Assembly (NCBI GenBank): GCA_033442325.1
Contig: JAWQFM010000029.1
Span: 59,066-123,065 of the forward strand
Reading direction: 5' to 3'
Length of the DNA: 64,000 nucleotides
Source of the DNA: Salpingoeca rosetta
Taxonomy: Eukaryota > Protista > Choanoflagellata
Shown piece after piece: positions 38,237 through 61,626 of the stretch; within the stretch, counting starts at the first letter, position 1; each line of letters starts with the position of its first letter. Below the pieces are notes generated by a model. The model was not told the DNA's origin, did no database searches, and saw nothing but the letters and a program-made list of their open reading frames with translations. The position numbers were made by a program, and so were the translations under genes.

Positions 38237-40357
38237 TCACCGCCGCCTGCGCTTGTCGTCGTTCTGAAAGGTCCACCTGTGCACGTGTTCCCACGTGCTC
38301 GTGTCGACCGGCGAGTGCTCCCGCCCTGCGTCGCGGTGCGGGATGACAATGTACGGAAAGGCCACGCGCACGGGCATGCCGCGGTCGCACAGGTAGCGCC
38401 AGGCGTGGTCAAACGGCTGGTTGGCGTGCGACGGGTTGCTCAGCCACGTCAGCAGCAGCTGCATCGCCCGCCGCTCAAGCACAAACGCAAACGTGTTCTC
38501 CACGCCCGAGTTGAAGTTGTAGCACATGGTGCCGGGCGTCCTGCGCATCTCCTCATCCGCCATCGCCCACCCGCCCGTGTGCGCGTCCACCCGTGGATAT
38601 GTGCCGTTGCGGGCAATGGTTGCGCCGAGCAGCAGCGCGCCGCCCGATCCGGACGACAGGTAGCTGCCGCACCGCGGGTCCTGCAAGAGCGTGTCCAGCC
38701 GCTGCGCAAACACCGGCGACAGCACAACGTCGTCCTCCACCACCAGGTACAGCGCGTCGTTGTCGTCCGTGGCGCTGAAGACGCGGTGCAGCAGCAGCCG
38801 GTATGTCTCCCGCCGCCCAACGTCCCGCGCACTCAACGCATGCACCGCGCTCGATGGCGACGACGATGACGATGAAGACGTGCTGTTGCTCGACGCGCCC
38901 TTACCCTTGTCGGCGTGTGCACTTGATGATGCAGAGGAGGATGCGAGGTAGGAGGAGGACGTAAACGCCTGGTGTGTGGCCGTGTCGAGGTGGGCACCGT
39001 CAACCCCGTTGAACAGCGACGCCTTGATGCTGTGCGCCCGCAGCTCCTTGGCCATGGCCATCGCCCGCGCAACAGAGCCCTGGTCGTGCGCCAGGTGCAG
39101 CACAAACGCCTCCTGCAGCTTGCGCGGGCGGTGCGGGCGGCGCGGCGGGCACTCGCGCAGCACAAACCCAGATATCTCGTACTGCCGCGCGGGGTTGTAC
39201 ACGCACAGGTTGCGCAGCTGGGGCGGGGTGGGCCGCTGCTGCGTGGCCTTTGGGTTTGGGAAGAGCGGCAGGCGGTTGTAGAAGACGGCCTCGTGGAACA
39301 CAACCATGTCGCGCTCCGTCTTGAGCGGGTGCGCAGACACGGTGTTGAACAGGGCGCTGTTGAGCGGGTGGTACAGCGGCAGCACGCTCTGCGCTTGCTC
39401 GTTCAGCGTCACCCCCGTGATGGCGCCGTCGCGAAAGTCCCAGTAGCGGTTCATAAACGACCAGCGAAACTGCTTGTGCACGTGGTCCATGCACGTCACG
39501 CCGCTGTGCTCCGTCACAAAGTAGGAGAAGGTGGTGTCGGAGTTGGGCAGCTTGGTGGCCTTGGCCTGCACGTCGCTCGGCACCGCCCCCAGCGTGTGGC
39601 GGCTGAGGATGTACGCGGGGCCCATGCAGTACGCAGGCAGGTCGCCGTCGCGCCCAGAGCCCACGCCACCGGCAAACAGCGGCCGCGTGGGCGGGTTCAT
39701 GGCCAGCAGCACAAGCAGGTTGGGGATGTTGAGGTACGTGTCTGCGTCCACCTTGAGAAAGTAGTCGTAGGCGTCGAGCCACGTGGTGCGCGCGTGCTCC
39801 CACATGCACAGCACCTTGTCCACAGGCGGGTAGTCGTCGCTGCACTGCCGCAGATACACCATCATGTTCTCCTCCACCTCGGGCTCCCCGGAGCACGCCT
39901 GCTCGCGCGTGCCAGAGTCGCCCACCACGAAGCGCACCGTCACAAACTCGCGGCCGGGCACCGTCGTCCACGTGCGGTAGATGGCCCGCGCCATCGTCTT
40001 GGCGCTGTCGCAGTGCCCGTTGATCATCACCAGCACGCGCGTGTTGTTGGCTTGGTGGATTTGCATCGCATACGCCTGCGTAAAGGTGGGCACAAACGGC
40101 GTCAGCGTCGCCGTCGTTGGCAGCGGCGTCAGCCGTCCGGAATGGCGGCTTCCCGACGACGACGATAATGACGACGATGAAGATGTTGCTGCCGTATTTG
40201 CTGCCACCGCTCCCGGTAGCGATGCCGGTGGTGGTGGCTGCTGGTGCTGGTGCTGGTGCTGGTGCTGGTGCTGCTGCTTTGCAGCGGAAGACGCATGGTT
40301 GTCACCGTGGTTGGATGGTCGCACTGCCACAGGCTTGGCATCCTTGTGGTGGGATAC

Positions 40358-40437
<80 letters not shown>

Positions 40438-40663
40438 CCTTGGGGGTTGTTGTGTCGCCGGCCACTGGGGAGATGGAGGGCAAAAGGGACAAAATCAATG
40501 ATGGAGGGGGGGCAAAGCCCGCCATCGCCGGTGACGATGGGGATGAGGATGAGGATGAGGATGAGGAGGGTGCTGGGCCCCTAGTGGCGGGAAGGACGGC
40601 ACCAAAGCAAGACATTAGCAAAAGCGTGAGCACCGTCCACGCCAGCAGGGTGCGCGGAGCCAT
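38237..40663 (-). CDS. Secretory-pathway bifunctional glycosyltransferase: GT31 (Fringe/chondroitin-synthase-like) + GT25-like, single exon, polyQ stem
   Basis: Signal MAPRTLLAWTVLTLLLMSCFG; GT31 motifs DDYPPVDKV, YDYFLKVDADTYLN, YCMGPAYILSR; GT25 motifs AFVLHL..R..FNGVDG, ALYLVVEDDVVL, FAFVL. Confidence 0.8.
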
Positions 40664-41551
40664 GATGTCGTTGTTGCGGGTGAGCGGGAAAGCGCGCGAC
40701 GGTCGTGGGTTGTGGAAAGCTGCTGAGTGCTGTTGCGGCTGTCGTTGCTGTTGCTGCTGCTGCTGCTGCTGCCAATGTCGTCTGCCGTTGGCAGTGCACC
40801 GGAGCGACAGCGGGGATGACGGCAATGACAAGGATGACGCTGGCTGCCGCGGGGATGGCGGGAAAAGCGGGACCGACTGGTGTTCCAACAACTGCTGCTG
40901 CTGCTTGATAAAGCTGGTGGCTGCTTGCCTTGAGTGTAAATGGGCGCACACACCACGCCCGCTTTCACACATCCCTTTCAACCACACTTGCTGCGCTTCC
41001 ACGGCTGCTGTCCTACTTTCATTACAATCACCACCAGTCCAGCCCCGTGGACATTGCTTGCGGTTGTCGCCCCGCTGCGCCCCCTGCCGTTGTTGACATG
41101 CTCCTTTTTCTTGGTGGTGGTGTTGAAGATCACACGCACGTTTTCCCACCAACGCCATCATCCACAGCCGCCATTCACACAACCCCACCAAACAAATGCC
41201 GCAGAAAATCACCGAGTGGCATCAACGAAACTCGCTAACAATGCAACCAAGAAGGTGTGCGTATGATGAGCGGCTGAGAAGGAAAAATCTACATGACACG
41301 AGTGCAAGTCCTCACAACTCTATCTATCGACTGAATCCAGTGTTGACCACGTTTTTTTTTGTTGGAAGAAGGGTCAATTCGCAGCAGCAGCAGAACACAC
41401 AACAACAAGGATCGTTGTGCTTCGCTGGTGCGTGTGCGTGTGCGTGTGTGTGCACTTTCTTTGAGCAGCTTTTGTATTTCAACCAACCAACCCACCCAGT
41501 CATCGAGGAGAGGGGGAACTTGTGTTCTTCGCAGAACCGCGTCGATCGACA

Positions 41552-48835
<7,284 letters not shown>

Positions 48836-50257
48836 CGCTGCTGTGTGTGGCCCTGATGGATGTGGCTGTTGAGGTTTCATCTGCCTGCTCGCCGCACCAC
48901 TGCCATTGTGTGCTATTGAGCTCAGTGCTGGCTGGCATAACCACCAGCATAGGAATTGCGTGCGTGTGCGTGTGTGTGCACGCGTGCGTGTGCGTGTGCG
49001 CGCGCGTGTGTGTATGCGTGTACCTTCGTGTGCAGATGTGTCCCGTCGCTATGTCATTCGCCGCGCCTACTTGGTGTTGCTTCTTGTTCCTTGCGTGTGT
49101 TTGTGTATGTGTGTGTGTCTCGCTCTCTCTCTCTCTCTCTCTCTGTCTTCCCATGTTGGTTGTGTATGCGAACCGGGTAGTAGTCGTAGTTGTAGAAGTA
49201 CAAGGCAACTCTAGACACTGTGGCTGTGACGCTGACACCGACAACGACAACACAGCACCACCACACAGCAGTTTGCGGCGGCAGCCACGACACCACCACT
49301 AAACATGCGTCGTTGTGTGGCGCGCTTTCCTTGCCGCAATCGCGACCGTTGCAGAGCAATCTTCGAAATCTTTAACGAATAGTCAATTCCAGCACATTTT
49401 TTTTTTGATTTCGCTGAAACTGATCAGTGAGGAGAGTCCACCACACACAAGCTCCACAACAAGACACAACCCAGCAAGCAAGCAAAGCAACGCACTCGCT
49501 GCTTTCCCTGCTGCTCTTGTTTCGTTCGAGTGGCGCGTTTGCTCGTGCGTGTCCTTACTTTCACAGCATCCTCTGCTGAACACGCACACACCACACACGC
49601 AAACACCACACGCACACGCATCACACGCACACGCATCACACGCACACGCATCACACGCATCACACGCACACGATCGCGTGCTCTCTCTTGTTTGAACCTT
49701 TGTTGTTGTTGTTGCTCTTGCTGTTTCCGCACACAAGAGCAACAAGGCAATCCATCCATCGCGGTGGCGTGTGTGTTCATTCGACTGACTACACAGCCAG
49801 CCACACAATCTCTCCCCCCCCCCCATCGTTCACTTTCCCACACCTTCCGAACAAAGCACTCGTCATCCTTTGATTGCATTTTTTGTCACACCACGCTCGT
49901 GCGCTTGTGCATCGTTGAGGAATGATGATGGCGACCACCACCACCGCCACCGCCCACACAGAAGACGTATGTTGCTTTGCTTCACCTGATTCTTGCTTCG
50001 TTCTTGCTTCACTGCTGCGTGCATCGATGTGTTGTATGGTTCTCTTCTTGCTCATCACCCCATCCATCCATCCATCCATCCATCCATGTATCCGTCCACT
50101 TTTTGTATCTCAATCGCTCCGTTTGTGATATCCATCCTCCTCCTTGTCTTTTCTGTCACACACACACGCACGCACACACACACACACACTCACTCACGCA
50201 CACGCACGCATACACACACACACACACTCACTCACATCCGCTCTCTTGCTGAACACC

Positions 50258-50790
50258 ATGAACACCACTACGCTGCCATGTGGCATCGTTGTACAGGCTG
50301 GCACCGCGCAGCCTGCACAGCCCGCACAGGCTTCCACCACCGCAAACGGCGACACGAACACTCAGACCAAGGTGTGTGTGTGCGTGTGTGTGTCATGCGC
50401 AGCCTCGAATCGTGGCCTGCCATGTGCTGCGCTTGCTACTTAGCGGCTCTGTGGTTTCGCCTGTCTCGTCTGACACAGCCATCCACATCATTGACACTAA
50501 CATCGAACACCCTCCCCCTTCCACACACACAAACACGTGCACGTGCACATGCAACCTCAACTCCCACTGCCGCCCCAACTTCCTTCTGTCAGGATGCGTT
50601 TGTGCTTGGCACGCCGTTGAAGCTGGATGACCTGCACAAGTTTGCCCGCAGCCCCTACCGCGAGGTCGACTATGACAGCGACTGGAACCCCAGCACCAAG
50701 GTACACGCTCGTGTCGTGGTCACTTTGCGTGTGTGTCTGTCGTTGCCTTTTGCAGTGCCAACGCGTGCTAGCCCCTTCGCAAACCAACAC

Positions 50791-50829
<39 letters not shown>

Positions 50830-53800
50830 CTCTCTCTCTCTTTTCCCATGTCGCTCTTCGCTTTCAACGTCCAAAGATGCCAAAGGTGACATACGAGCGG
50901 TCTGCTGTTGAACCCAACGCGGTGCACCCGGACCACCACGTGTTCCGCCCGACACGCGACCTCGGCGACGATGTTATGCCGTGGCAGCTGCCGTCGCCAC
51001 ACTGCAACGCAACAGCCCGCGCACCGGCAGACCTCCACCCGCTCAATTTCCATCCAGATAACCACAAGTGCGTGGCGCTGGTCGCTGGTCGTGCTAGAAG
51101 CGCATGTGCCGTTTTCGCAGACGCCTTGCATGTTGCTTGTCGTTTAACCTTGGGCCCACGTCCACTCAAACGTGTCCATTTGTGTATGCGCGTGTACACG
51201 TGTCTACATGTGTATGTGTGTATCGCGCCAGGTTTCGTGATGAGATTCCGTCGTGGTCGCTGCAGGTGCCCTGGAAGGTGGCGGGCAAAGCAGAGGTGCG
51301 TGCAGCATGTGTCATGATTCACGTGTTTGCAATTTGGAGCGTGTGGGTCGTATGTGTTCCTGTTGCGCAATTGTGGTTGGAGCTGCTGATGTTGTGCTGT
51401 GCTGCCACTGCGTCACATCTTTTCATTCCTCCCTCGACTGCCGCATGTACACTCATGTATGCACACACATACACAAACACACACACACACACACACTGTT
51501 CATGCTCCCCATCTACTCCCCATCTCCACCATTGCCTGTGCGTGCCTTCACCTCCACCCTGCTATACAGACGGAGCCCTTTGGACCGCAGCTCGAGCCCA
51601 ACGCGCGCCATCCAGACACATATGTGTTCCGGGAGGACGCGCACTCGGACGTGGAGTGGGTGCCAAGCGGGCCCGTCACCACGCACCCACAGGACAGGTC
51701 GCTTGTCGACACGACACCCAACGCACACCCTGACAACCACAAGTTCAGGGACGAGGCTGAGGTGGATGTGGAGTGGAAGGCACTTGGTGCAGTGACACAC
51801 GACGACAACCACTTGCTTGACACGACACCGAACAAGCACCCAGACAACCACAAGTTCAGGGATGAGGCTGAGGTGGATGTGCAGTGGCACGCGGGTGGCG
51901 CTATTGCTCGTGACGACAACCACTTGCTTGACACGACACCCAACGCACACCCAGACAACCACAAGTTCAGGGATGAGGCTGAGGTGGATGTGCAGTGGCA
52001 CGCGGGTGGCGCTATTGCTCGTGACGACAACCACTTGCTTGACACGACACCCAACGCACACCCTGACAACCACAAGTTCAGGGACGAGGCTGAGGTGGAT
52101 GTGCAGTGGCACGCGGGTGGCGCTATTGCTCGTGACGACAACCACTTGCTTGACACGACACCGAACAAGCACCCTGACAACCACAAGTTCAGGGATGAGG
52201 CTGAGGCAGACGTGCAGTGGCACGCTGGTGGCGCTATTGCTCGTGACGACAACCACTTGCTTGACACGACACCAAACAAGCACCCTGACAACCACAAGTT
52301 CAGGGACGAGGCTGAGGTGGATGTGGAGTGGAAGGCACTTGGTGCAGTGACACACGACGACCACCACTTGCTTGACACGACACCGAACAAGCACCCAGAC
52401 AACCACAAGTTCAGGGACGAGGCTGAGGCAGACGTGCAGTGGCACGCGGGTGGTTCCATTGTGTACGAAGACAACCACCTCCTCGACGCCACCCCCAACA
52501 AACACCCTGACAACCACACCTTCAGGGACCTTGCTGTGACGCCCGGCAGCGACGAGGCGTGGAACTTCAGCACACACGTAGATGAGCCACCGCTGGCCCT
52601 CGACACGAAGCCGCTCAACTCCCCCGCGCATGTGTTCCGGGACCTGCGCAACCCGGAGGTGCCGTTCAAGTTGACGCCGCGTGTTGATCGCTCGTCGCCC
52701 GCACTCGACACCACGCCCGCACCCGTGCACCCGGACAACGTCACGTTCAGAGACGTCTCCCTGGTCAGTTGGTTGATAATTGCGGTTGGTGGTTACGGTG
52801 ATTGTGTTGAGTGGCGGTTGGTGACTGGTGCTTGTTCTTCTCGTTGAACCGATGTTGTTACCCACAGCTCGACTGTCACCCTGCCCTTCCGTCTCTTTCC
52901 TCAACTCACCACTCGCTCGTTGCTTCCGGTTGCGCCTTCGTCTCATGTCGCGTATCCATATTCGTTCAATTCTGGTTCTCCTCTCCCTTCTCGTTGACAG
53001 GACCGCCAGTGGAACATCTCACGCGACCGCTCCGAGAGCCCCATTGTGCTGCAGAAGCCAATCTACCTCAAGGAAAGCGTCGACAAGGTGCGTGCCTGTG
53101 CATGCATACTCTTGAGAGAGAGGAAAGGGTGTGCGTGTGTGTGTGCGTGTGTGCTGTATATGTGTGCGTGTTGTGTGTGTGTGTGTGTGTGCGTGCTGTA
53201 TATGTGTGCGTGTTGTGTGTGTGTGTGCGTGTATGTGCGTGCACGTGCCTTTGCACTGTCGTCATGTGTCTGTTTTTATACCCCAAGCAATTCGCTTACG
53301 AAAATCTCACCTCATCTTCCTCCGTCTGCGTGTGGCGCTGCACCTCTTCTCTGCCTCCCTCCCTCCAACATACACCCGCTGACCACTGCACGGGCCAGTT
53401 TGCGTTCCGCGATGTTGTGTACGGCGGCTGGAACGGCTCTCCTCGCTCGTCCTCGTCAGCACAGGCGGTGAGCACCCACCACCACGTGTATGTGTGGCAC
53501 TGTAGACCTTTGGTGATGTTTGATGCTGGTCACCATCACTCTGCTCTTTGCTACCATCACTGTTCTCAGCCATCACCATTCACTCACGACAACACCCCCA
53601 CTCATCCTTGCACCAATCCCCCACCCCCACCAGCGCCCCTTGTCGTCGGCCGGCGGCAGCGAGCATGATCTGTTTGCCACGCGTGCGCGCAAGCACATCT
53701 TTCGCAGCATCAACCCGTCCCCGCTTGGGTGGAACGCCAGCACCCGCCCCGTGCCCATCAAGGGTCCCCAGAGCCTTGGTGCAGCCGAAGCAGAGGCCGT

Positions 53801-53863
53801 GCGCCTCCTCAAGCCATCGTCGGTGCGTTCCTCCGTATGTGTCTCTTGTGTGTGTGTGTGTCT

Positions 53864-53936
<73 letters not shown>

Positions 53937-54277
53937 CGTTTCCTCGAATTTGTGTCTGTCAAGAACCCACCTCATGCCGTGTGCTCACGTGCTCACCAAC
54001 TTGTCTTGCGTTCCCATGTGTTCCATGTGTGTGTATGTGTGTGAATACAGCGCCCATCGTCGCGTGGTGGCCACCGTCGCCGCACCTCCCTCAGCCCGCG
54101 CACAGGCACCCCAACTTCCTTCAGGTGCAGATGCCATGCCCACGATTGGCTTTTGTGTTTAATTGACACACACATACACACACATATACACACACATGCA
54201 CACACATGCACATGCACATGCGTCTTGGCTCTCACAGCATACTGCTTCCCCCTTCAACGCGGCAAATCCGTGCTCAC

Positions 54278-54310
<33 letters not shown>

Positions 54311-54329
54311 ACAACAACAACAACACCAA

Positions 54330-54364
<35 letters not shown>

Positions 54365-55396
54365 TCAACAACATCAACATCAACATCAACATCAACATCA
54401 ACATCAACATCAACATCAACATCAAACATCGCCATTCCACCATGCCTTGCCAGGCGCCGTGCCCCGCGCCCCCGTGGGCGCTCGCCAACAGCTGGCCGCG
54501 GGCCTTCATCGTCGGCGTCGTCGTCGTATTCCATGGTGGCAGCCAAGAGCGCATCGCCCATGTTGCGGAAGAAGCAGATGGCAGCACAGGCGAGCAGGGC
54601 CAGCGGTGTGCCCAAGGCGGGACGGCAGCAGGCCGTGGCCACGAAGAAGGCGAAGAAGGCTGCAAACACAAAGTCTGGCAAGAAGAAGACACAGAAGAAG
54701 GTGAAGAAGGGAGCAGCAAAGGCGCAGCTGGAGGGTGAGGACGTGCAGCCATCCCAGACGGCCGCTGCCGCTGCCGCAACCACAACCGGCACAGAGCAGG
54801 AAGAGATGGATGTGGAGCAGGACACCGCTGCTGGCGCTGTGTCTGATGCTGAGCACGAAGCAGAGGAAGAGGTGGAGAGATCTGACATTGAGATCACCCT
54901 GGCAGATGAAGATGAAGATGAAGATGAAGAGGCGAGTGAGGAGGAGGAGGAAAAGGCCGATGGCGCTGTGGCGATGGGGCCGCTCGTGGTGGAAGGCGGC
55001 ACTAGCAGCGGGGAGGAAGAAGACGACGAGGAGCTGGTCACTGTTGAGGAGGAGGCGGAGGACGAAGAGGCTGTGACGGCAGCTGCCACAGAGCAGCAGC
55101 AGGAGGAAGAGGAGGCGGAGGAAAAGCAAGCTGTGGCTGCTGAAACCGTGGCAGAAGACAAGGAAGAGAAGGAGGAGGAAGAGAAGAAGGAGGAAGAGAA
55201 GGCACCGCCAGCCGTGACCGTGACGACTGGAAGCGGTGCAGCGGCGGTGATTTCCGAGACGAACCCCTTCTTTGCGGCGCTGAGCGGTCTGGAGGAAGAG
55301 AGCACCGCTGATGGCACCACCGCCACCAGCGACAATGCCGGGGACGCCACAGCTGCCCGCACCAACGTGTACGCCACCAGCAAAGATGATGCCGAT

Positions 55397-55432
<36 letters not shown>

Positions 55433-56774
55433 GAAGACGATGAGCTTGATTTGGTTGAGGTTGATGTGGAGCTGGATGAAGGCAGCGATGAGGACGATGC
55501 AGCCATGTTTGACGACCTGACGCAGGTGGATGCCGGCAAGGGGGACGTGGATCTCTCGTTTGAGGCGGACAGGCAGCACGTGTACCGCATCGACAATGAT
55601 GTGGTGGCGGAGGAGGAGGAGGAGCGAGAAGAGGCAAGCAAGGAGGACAAGGGTGACGAGCAACAGGAACAGCAGGAGAACCGAGTGTCCACTGAAGACG
55701 GTGCTGATGTGAAGCAACAGGGCGATGAGGGGCACGACGACAAGCGCGGTGAGGAGAGCAAGCCCGCCACTGCCGCTGCCGCCGCCTCAGACGGCGCTGA
55801 TGGCGACGACGACGATGATACACAGCAGCCCGCGGGCCGCATTGGTGTTGCTGTTGACGCAGCCGACAACGACAAAACAGCGACCACGCCCACTGCCGCG
55901 GCAGATGGCAGCGCAGCCCCGCAGTCGCCGGCGGTCGATGGTGGCAGCACCAACGGGTCGCTCGCAGACTACGACCACAGCATTGTGGAGCAGCGAAGCC
56001 TGCTTGACGTGCTCACGGAGGGCGATGTTGGCGCCAGTGACGGTGATGGCGAGCTGGCTGGCGACGACGACACGGCCGCGCACGGGCGTGACAGCGGGGA
56101 CATGTTCCCGCCAGAGGAGGATGACGAGGGCGATGTGCTGGCGCTGCTCTCTGCACACACGACGCCGCGCCGCCGCACCCGTCGCAACCGCGACACGACC
56201 GCTACTGGTGGCGGTGCTGGGGGCAAGCGCCGCAACGACAGCGAGGTGTCGGCCTACTCTGTTGACGGCAGCCTGCACGGCGACGGCAACGAGGGGGATG
56301 ACGTCCCCAGCGAGTTTGCAGCGACACGCGCACAGGCGCTGTCGGAGGTGGCGGACGAGATGCTGGCGCGGCCGGAGCAGCAGGCGGCACTGCAGCGGCG
56401 GGAGCAGCAGCAGGAGGAGGAGAGGAAGAAGCGCGAATCCCAGCTGCTGTCTGCCGACGGTCATGACGATGGAAAGGAGGAAGAAGCCGCAAAGGAGGGC
56501 GAGGGTGCACCCGGCGACGACGAGGAGAGCAAGGTGCCAGAGCAGGCGTCCGCTGCCCCTCAGCAGCAAGAGCAGCAGCAGCAAAAGGAGGAAGAAGGTG
56601 CTGAAGACAAGCAGCGTGACCAGCAGTTTGCTGTTGCTGCCCTGCACTCTGCTGTGAAGCATGATGATGCATCTGCTGCTACTGCGGAGGCTGCTCGCGC
56701 CCGCTCCCGCCGTAAGGGCCGTCTTCGTCGCCTCGCTGGCCGCATCTTCGGCCGCAAGGTCAGGGTGTGGGTTA

Positions 56775-56848
<74 letters not shown>

Positions 56849-57112
56849 AGGTGTAGCGTCCACTTTTTGTTGTTGTTGTTGTGCGCTCACGCTTCCGCTC
56901 CAACCTTTCACGTTCACACGACAGAAGCGCGATCACAAGAAGGACGAGGCAGACGTTGATGATGATGATGGTGATGATGACGGCGAGGAAGATGTTGGCG
57001 TGGATGACAAGGACACCGCCGCCACCGCGCTCGCCACCGATACCACCGCTGAGACGAAGGAGCAACAAGACACGCCCGCCAAACAGATGCCCTTCCCAAC
57101 AGAGGTACAGGC

Positions 57113-57185
<73 letters not shown>

Positions 57186-58375
57186 CACCAGAGAGGGGTC
57201 GTAACTTCCTTCTTTTTTTTGGCGTTTCTCTCCCCCTCGTCAAACCTCGCGTGCTTGCCCCCCCCCCTCTCTGCTCACCCCGTCCCTGCCCACCTTCCAC
57301 TCGTCACTTGCCCTCGACAACAGCCGTTTGATTTCGAAGTGGTGATTACGCGCACGGATGACAAGCAGCCGCTTGGCATGCGCATCGGAACTCCAAAGCG
57401 CAGGACAGGTGGGCTGCTCTGTTTTGCTGTGTTGCATGTGTGTTGTTATTGCTTGGTGTGTGTTTTGTGTGTTGTTACTGCTCAGCGTGTGGTGTGTGCT
57501 GTGAACGTGAGGGGTGTGTTTTGTGCCAATGGTGTTACTGACGAAAGCCACGCCCTGTTCCTTGATTCATCTTTCGACCGTCTCACGCTGCTTACCGCTT
57601 GCTTGTGCGCGTGCGACTGTGCGCAGATGCGAGTGGCGCTGTTCAGGACCACTACCCAAAGGTGTCGCTTCTTGAAATGAACGGCCCCGTTGCGTCGACG
57701 GGTAAAGTGCTTGTTGGCGACCGTATCGTCTCCCTCAATGGGGAGTCCATGCTCAACCTCTCCCACACCGCCGCCATCTCCAAGTTCAAGAGCGCCGGCA
57801 CGGAGATGCGCATTGTCTTCCGCCGCGACCCATCTGTTGCCATGCAGTCGCACCTTGTTGCCGCTTCCATGGGCGCCTTCACCGTCGCCACCGCACCGGC
57901 AACTGCAACCACCGCAAACGCTGGCGCCAACGCCGACACCACCGCTGCTGCCTCGTCATCATCATCATCATCCACCCCACAGCCTGCCAACGCTGCGACC
58001 CCTGCGATTACAGCCGCCGCCAGCGGCAACTCAACAACAGCATCGCCGACCACAGCCGCAGCAGCAGCAACAAGGACGACGGGTGGCGAGGATGCGTCGC
58101 CGTCCACCCCGCGCTCCCGGCGCCGGCTGTTCAAGATGTTTGGTGGCAAGAAGGGCAGCAAGAGCCCCGCGGCACCCGCAGATGCAACACCGTCGTCATC
58201 GTCGTCGTCGTCTGTCAAGCATCTCAATCGCGATGGCCAGCACCAGCCCAACGGGAGCGGGTCAACGGATCTTTCGCGTCTGCGTGCGATTGCTGGTGAG
58301 GGCGACGGTGCCACTGCTGCTGCTGATTCTCCAAAGTCGAAACGCCGTGGCCTCTTTGGACGCAAGCGCAAGTAG
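50258..58375 (+). CDS. Large multi-exon protein: 37-aa HPDNHKFRD..W repeats, long acidic disordered region, PDZ domain, basic C-terminus
   Basis: Consistent splice phases link the repeat exons (to ~53822), exon 54051-54124, the acidic ORF (to ~56758), and exons 56924-57104, 57324-57408 and 57628-58375. PDZ: FEVVITR..PLGMRI..GPVASTGKVLVGDRIVSLNGESMLNLSHTAAISKFK. It could be two genes. Confidence 0.7.
51708..52530 (+). repeat. Coding tandem repeat, 111 bp / 37 aa, 7 full copies plus 1 diverged copy
   Basis: DTTPN(A/K)HPDNHKFRDEAE(V/A)DV(Q/E)W..GA...DDNHLL at 111-bp spacing. Confidence 0.95.
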
Positions 58376-58735
58376 AATGGATGCAGTGGGTTCGCATGTG
58401 GGATGTGTGGCGTGGTATGTGGGATGGGAGGTTTGGATTGGACTGGACTTAGTGGCACTGTGTCGTGCGATGCGGCTGATGTGGCGATGGTTTCGTTGAA
58501 TTTGGTGCCAAGCTTCTTCTTGTGGTTTAGCGGTTGGTTTTTTAGGGCTGCCGTGTGCGTGCTTGACAGAATGCACAAGGGATGGATGGATGGATAGTGT
58601 TTTGTTGGTTTCTTATTCACACACGCACGCGTGTGTGTACGTGCGCGTGTGTACGAGTCTCACGTGCGTGCATTCAACTGTCTTCGCCCATTGTCTTCCT
58701 TTCTTTAACCGGAACATGTTTGATCCATTGTGTGC

Positions 58736-58768
<33 letters not shown>

Positions 58769-59224
58769 GTTGCGGTGTGACCGCAGAAAGTGAAACGTGA
58801 TCAGCAGAACAGTTCTTTTCCTGGCGTCAGACATCAAAAAGTCGAGAATATGATGAGGGTTCAAACAACGACAATTAGTGAAGGTTACACGATAACGAAA
58901 GCAAGCAAGTGAGGTGTGACATGATTAAAAGAAAAAGATGCAGGAAAACACATGTGTGCTGTGGTGAGATGAATAACGCGGGGGAAAGGAAATGGGGAAA
59001 CAAGGAAGGAGAATGACCAACGGCAACACAGCAGAGGTGAAATTGAAACACAGCACACACACACACACACACCACACACACACACACACACCACACACCA
59101 CACACACACACACACAACACACACACACACACAACACACACAACACAGCACACACAACACACACACACACAACACAACACAACACAACACAACACACACA
59201 CACACACCAAAAGTGCTGGGTGCG

Positions 59225-61540
<2,316 letters not shown>

Positions 61541-61562
61541 CACAACACGGCGACGGAGGGTG

Positions 61563-61626
<64 letters not shown>

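Noticed and set aside
54274-55953. Long antisense ORFs (also 34363..35673, 44454..46238, 39981..41096, 6682..7707)
   Set aside because: These are shadows of GC-rich sense-strand coding sequence.
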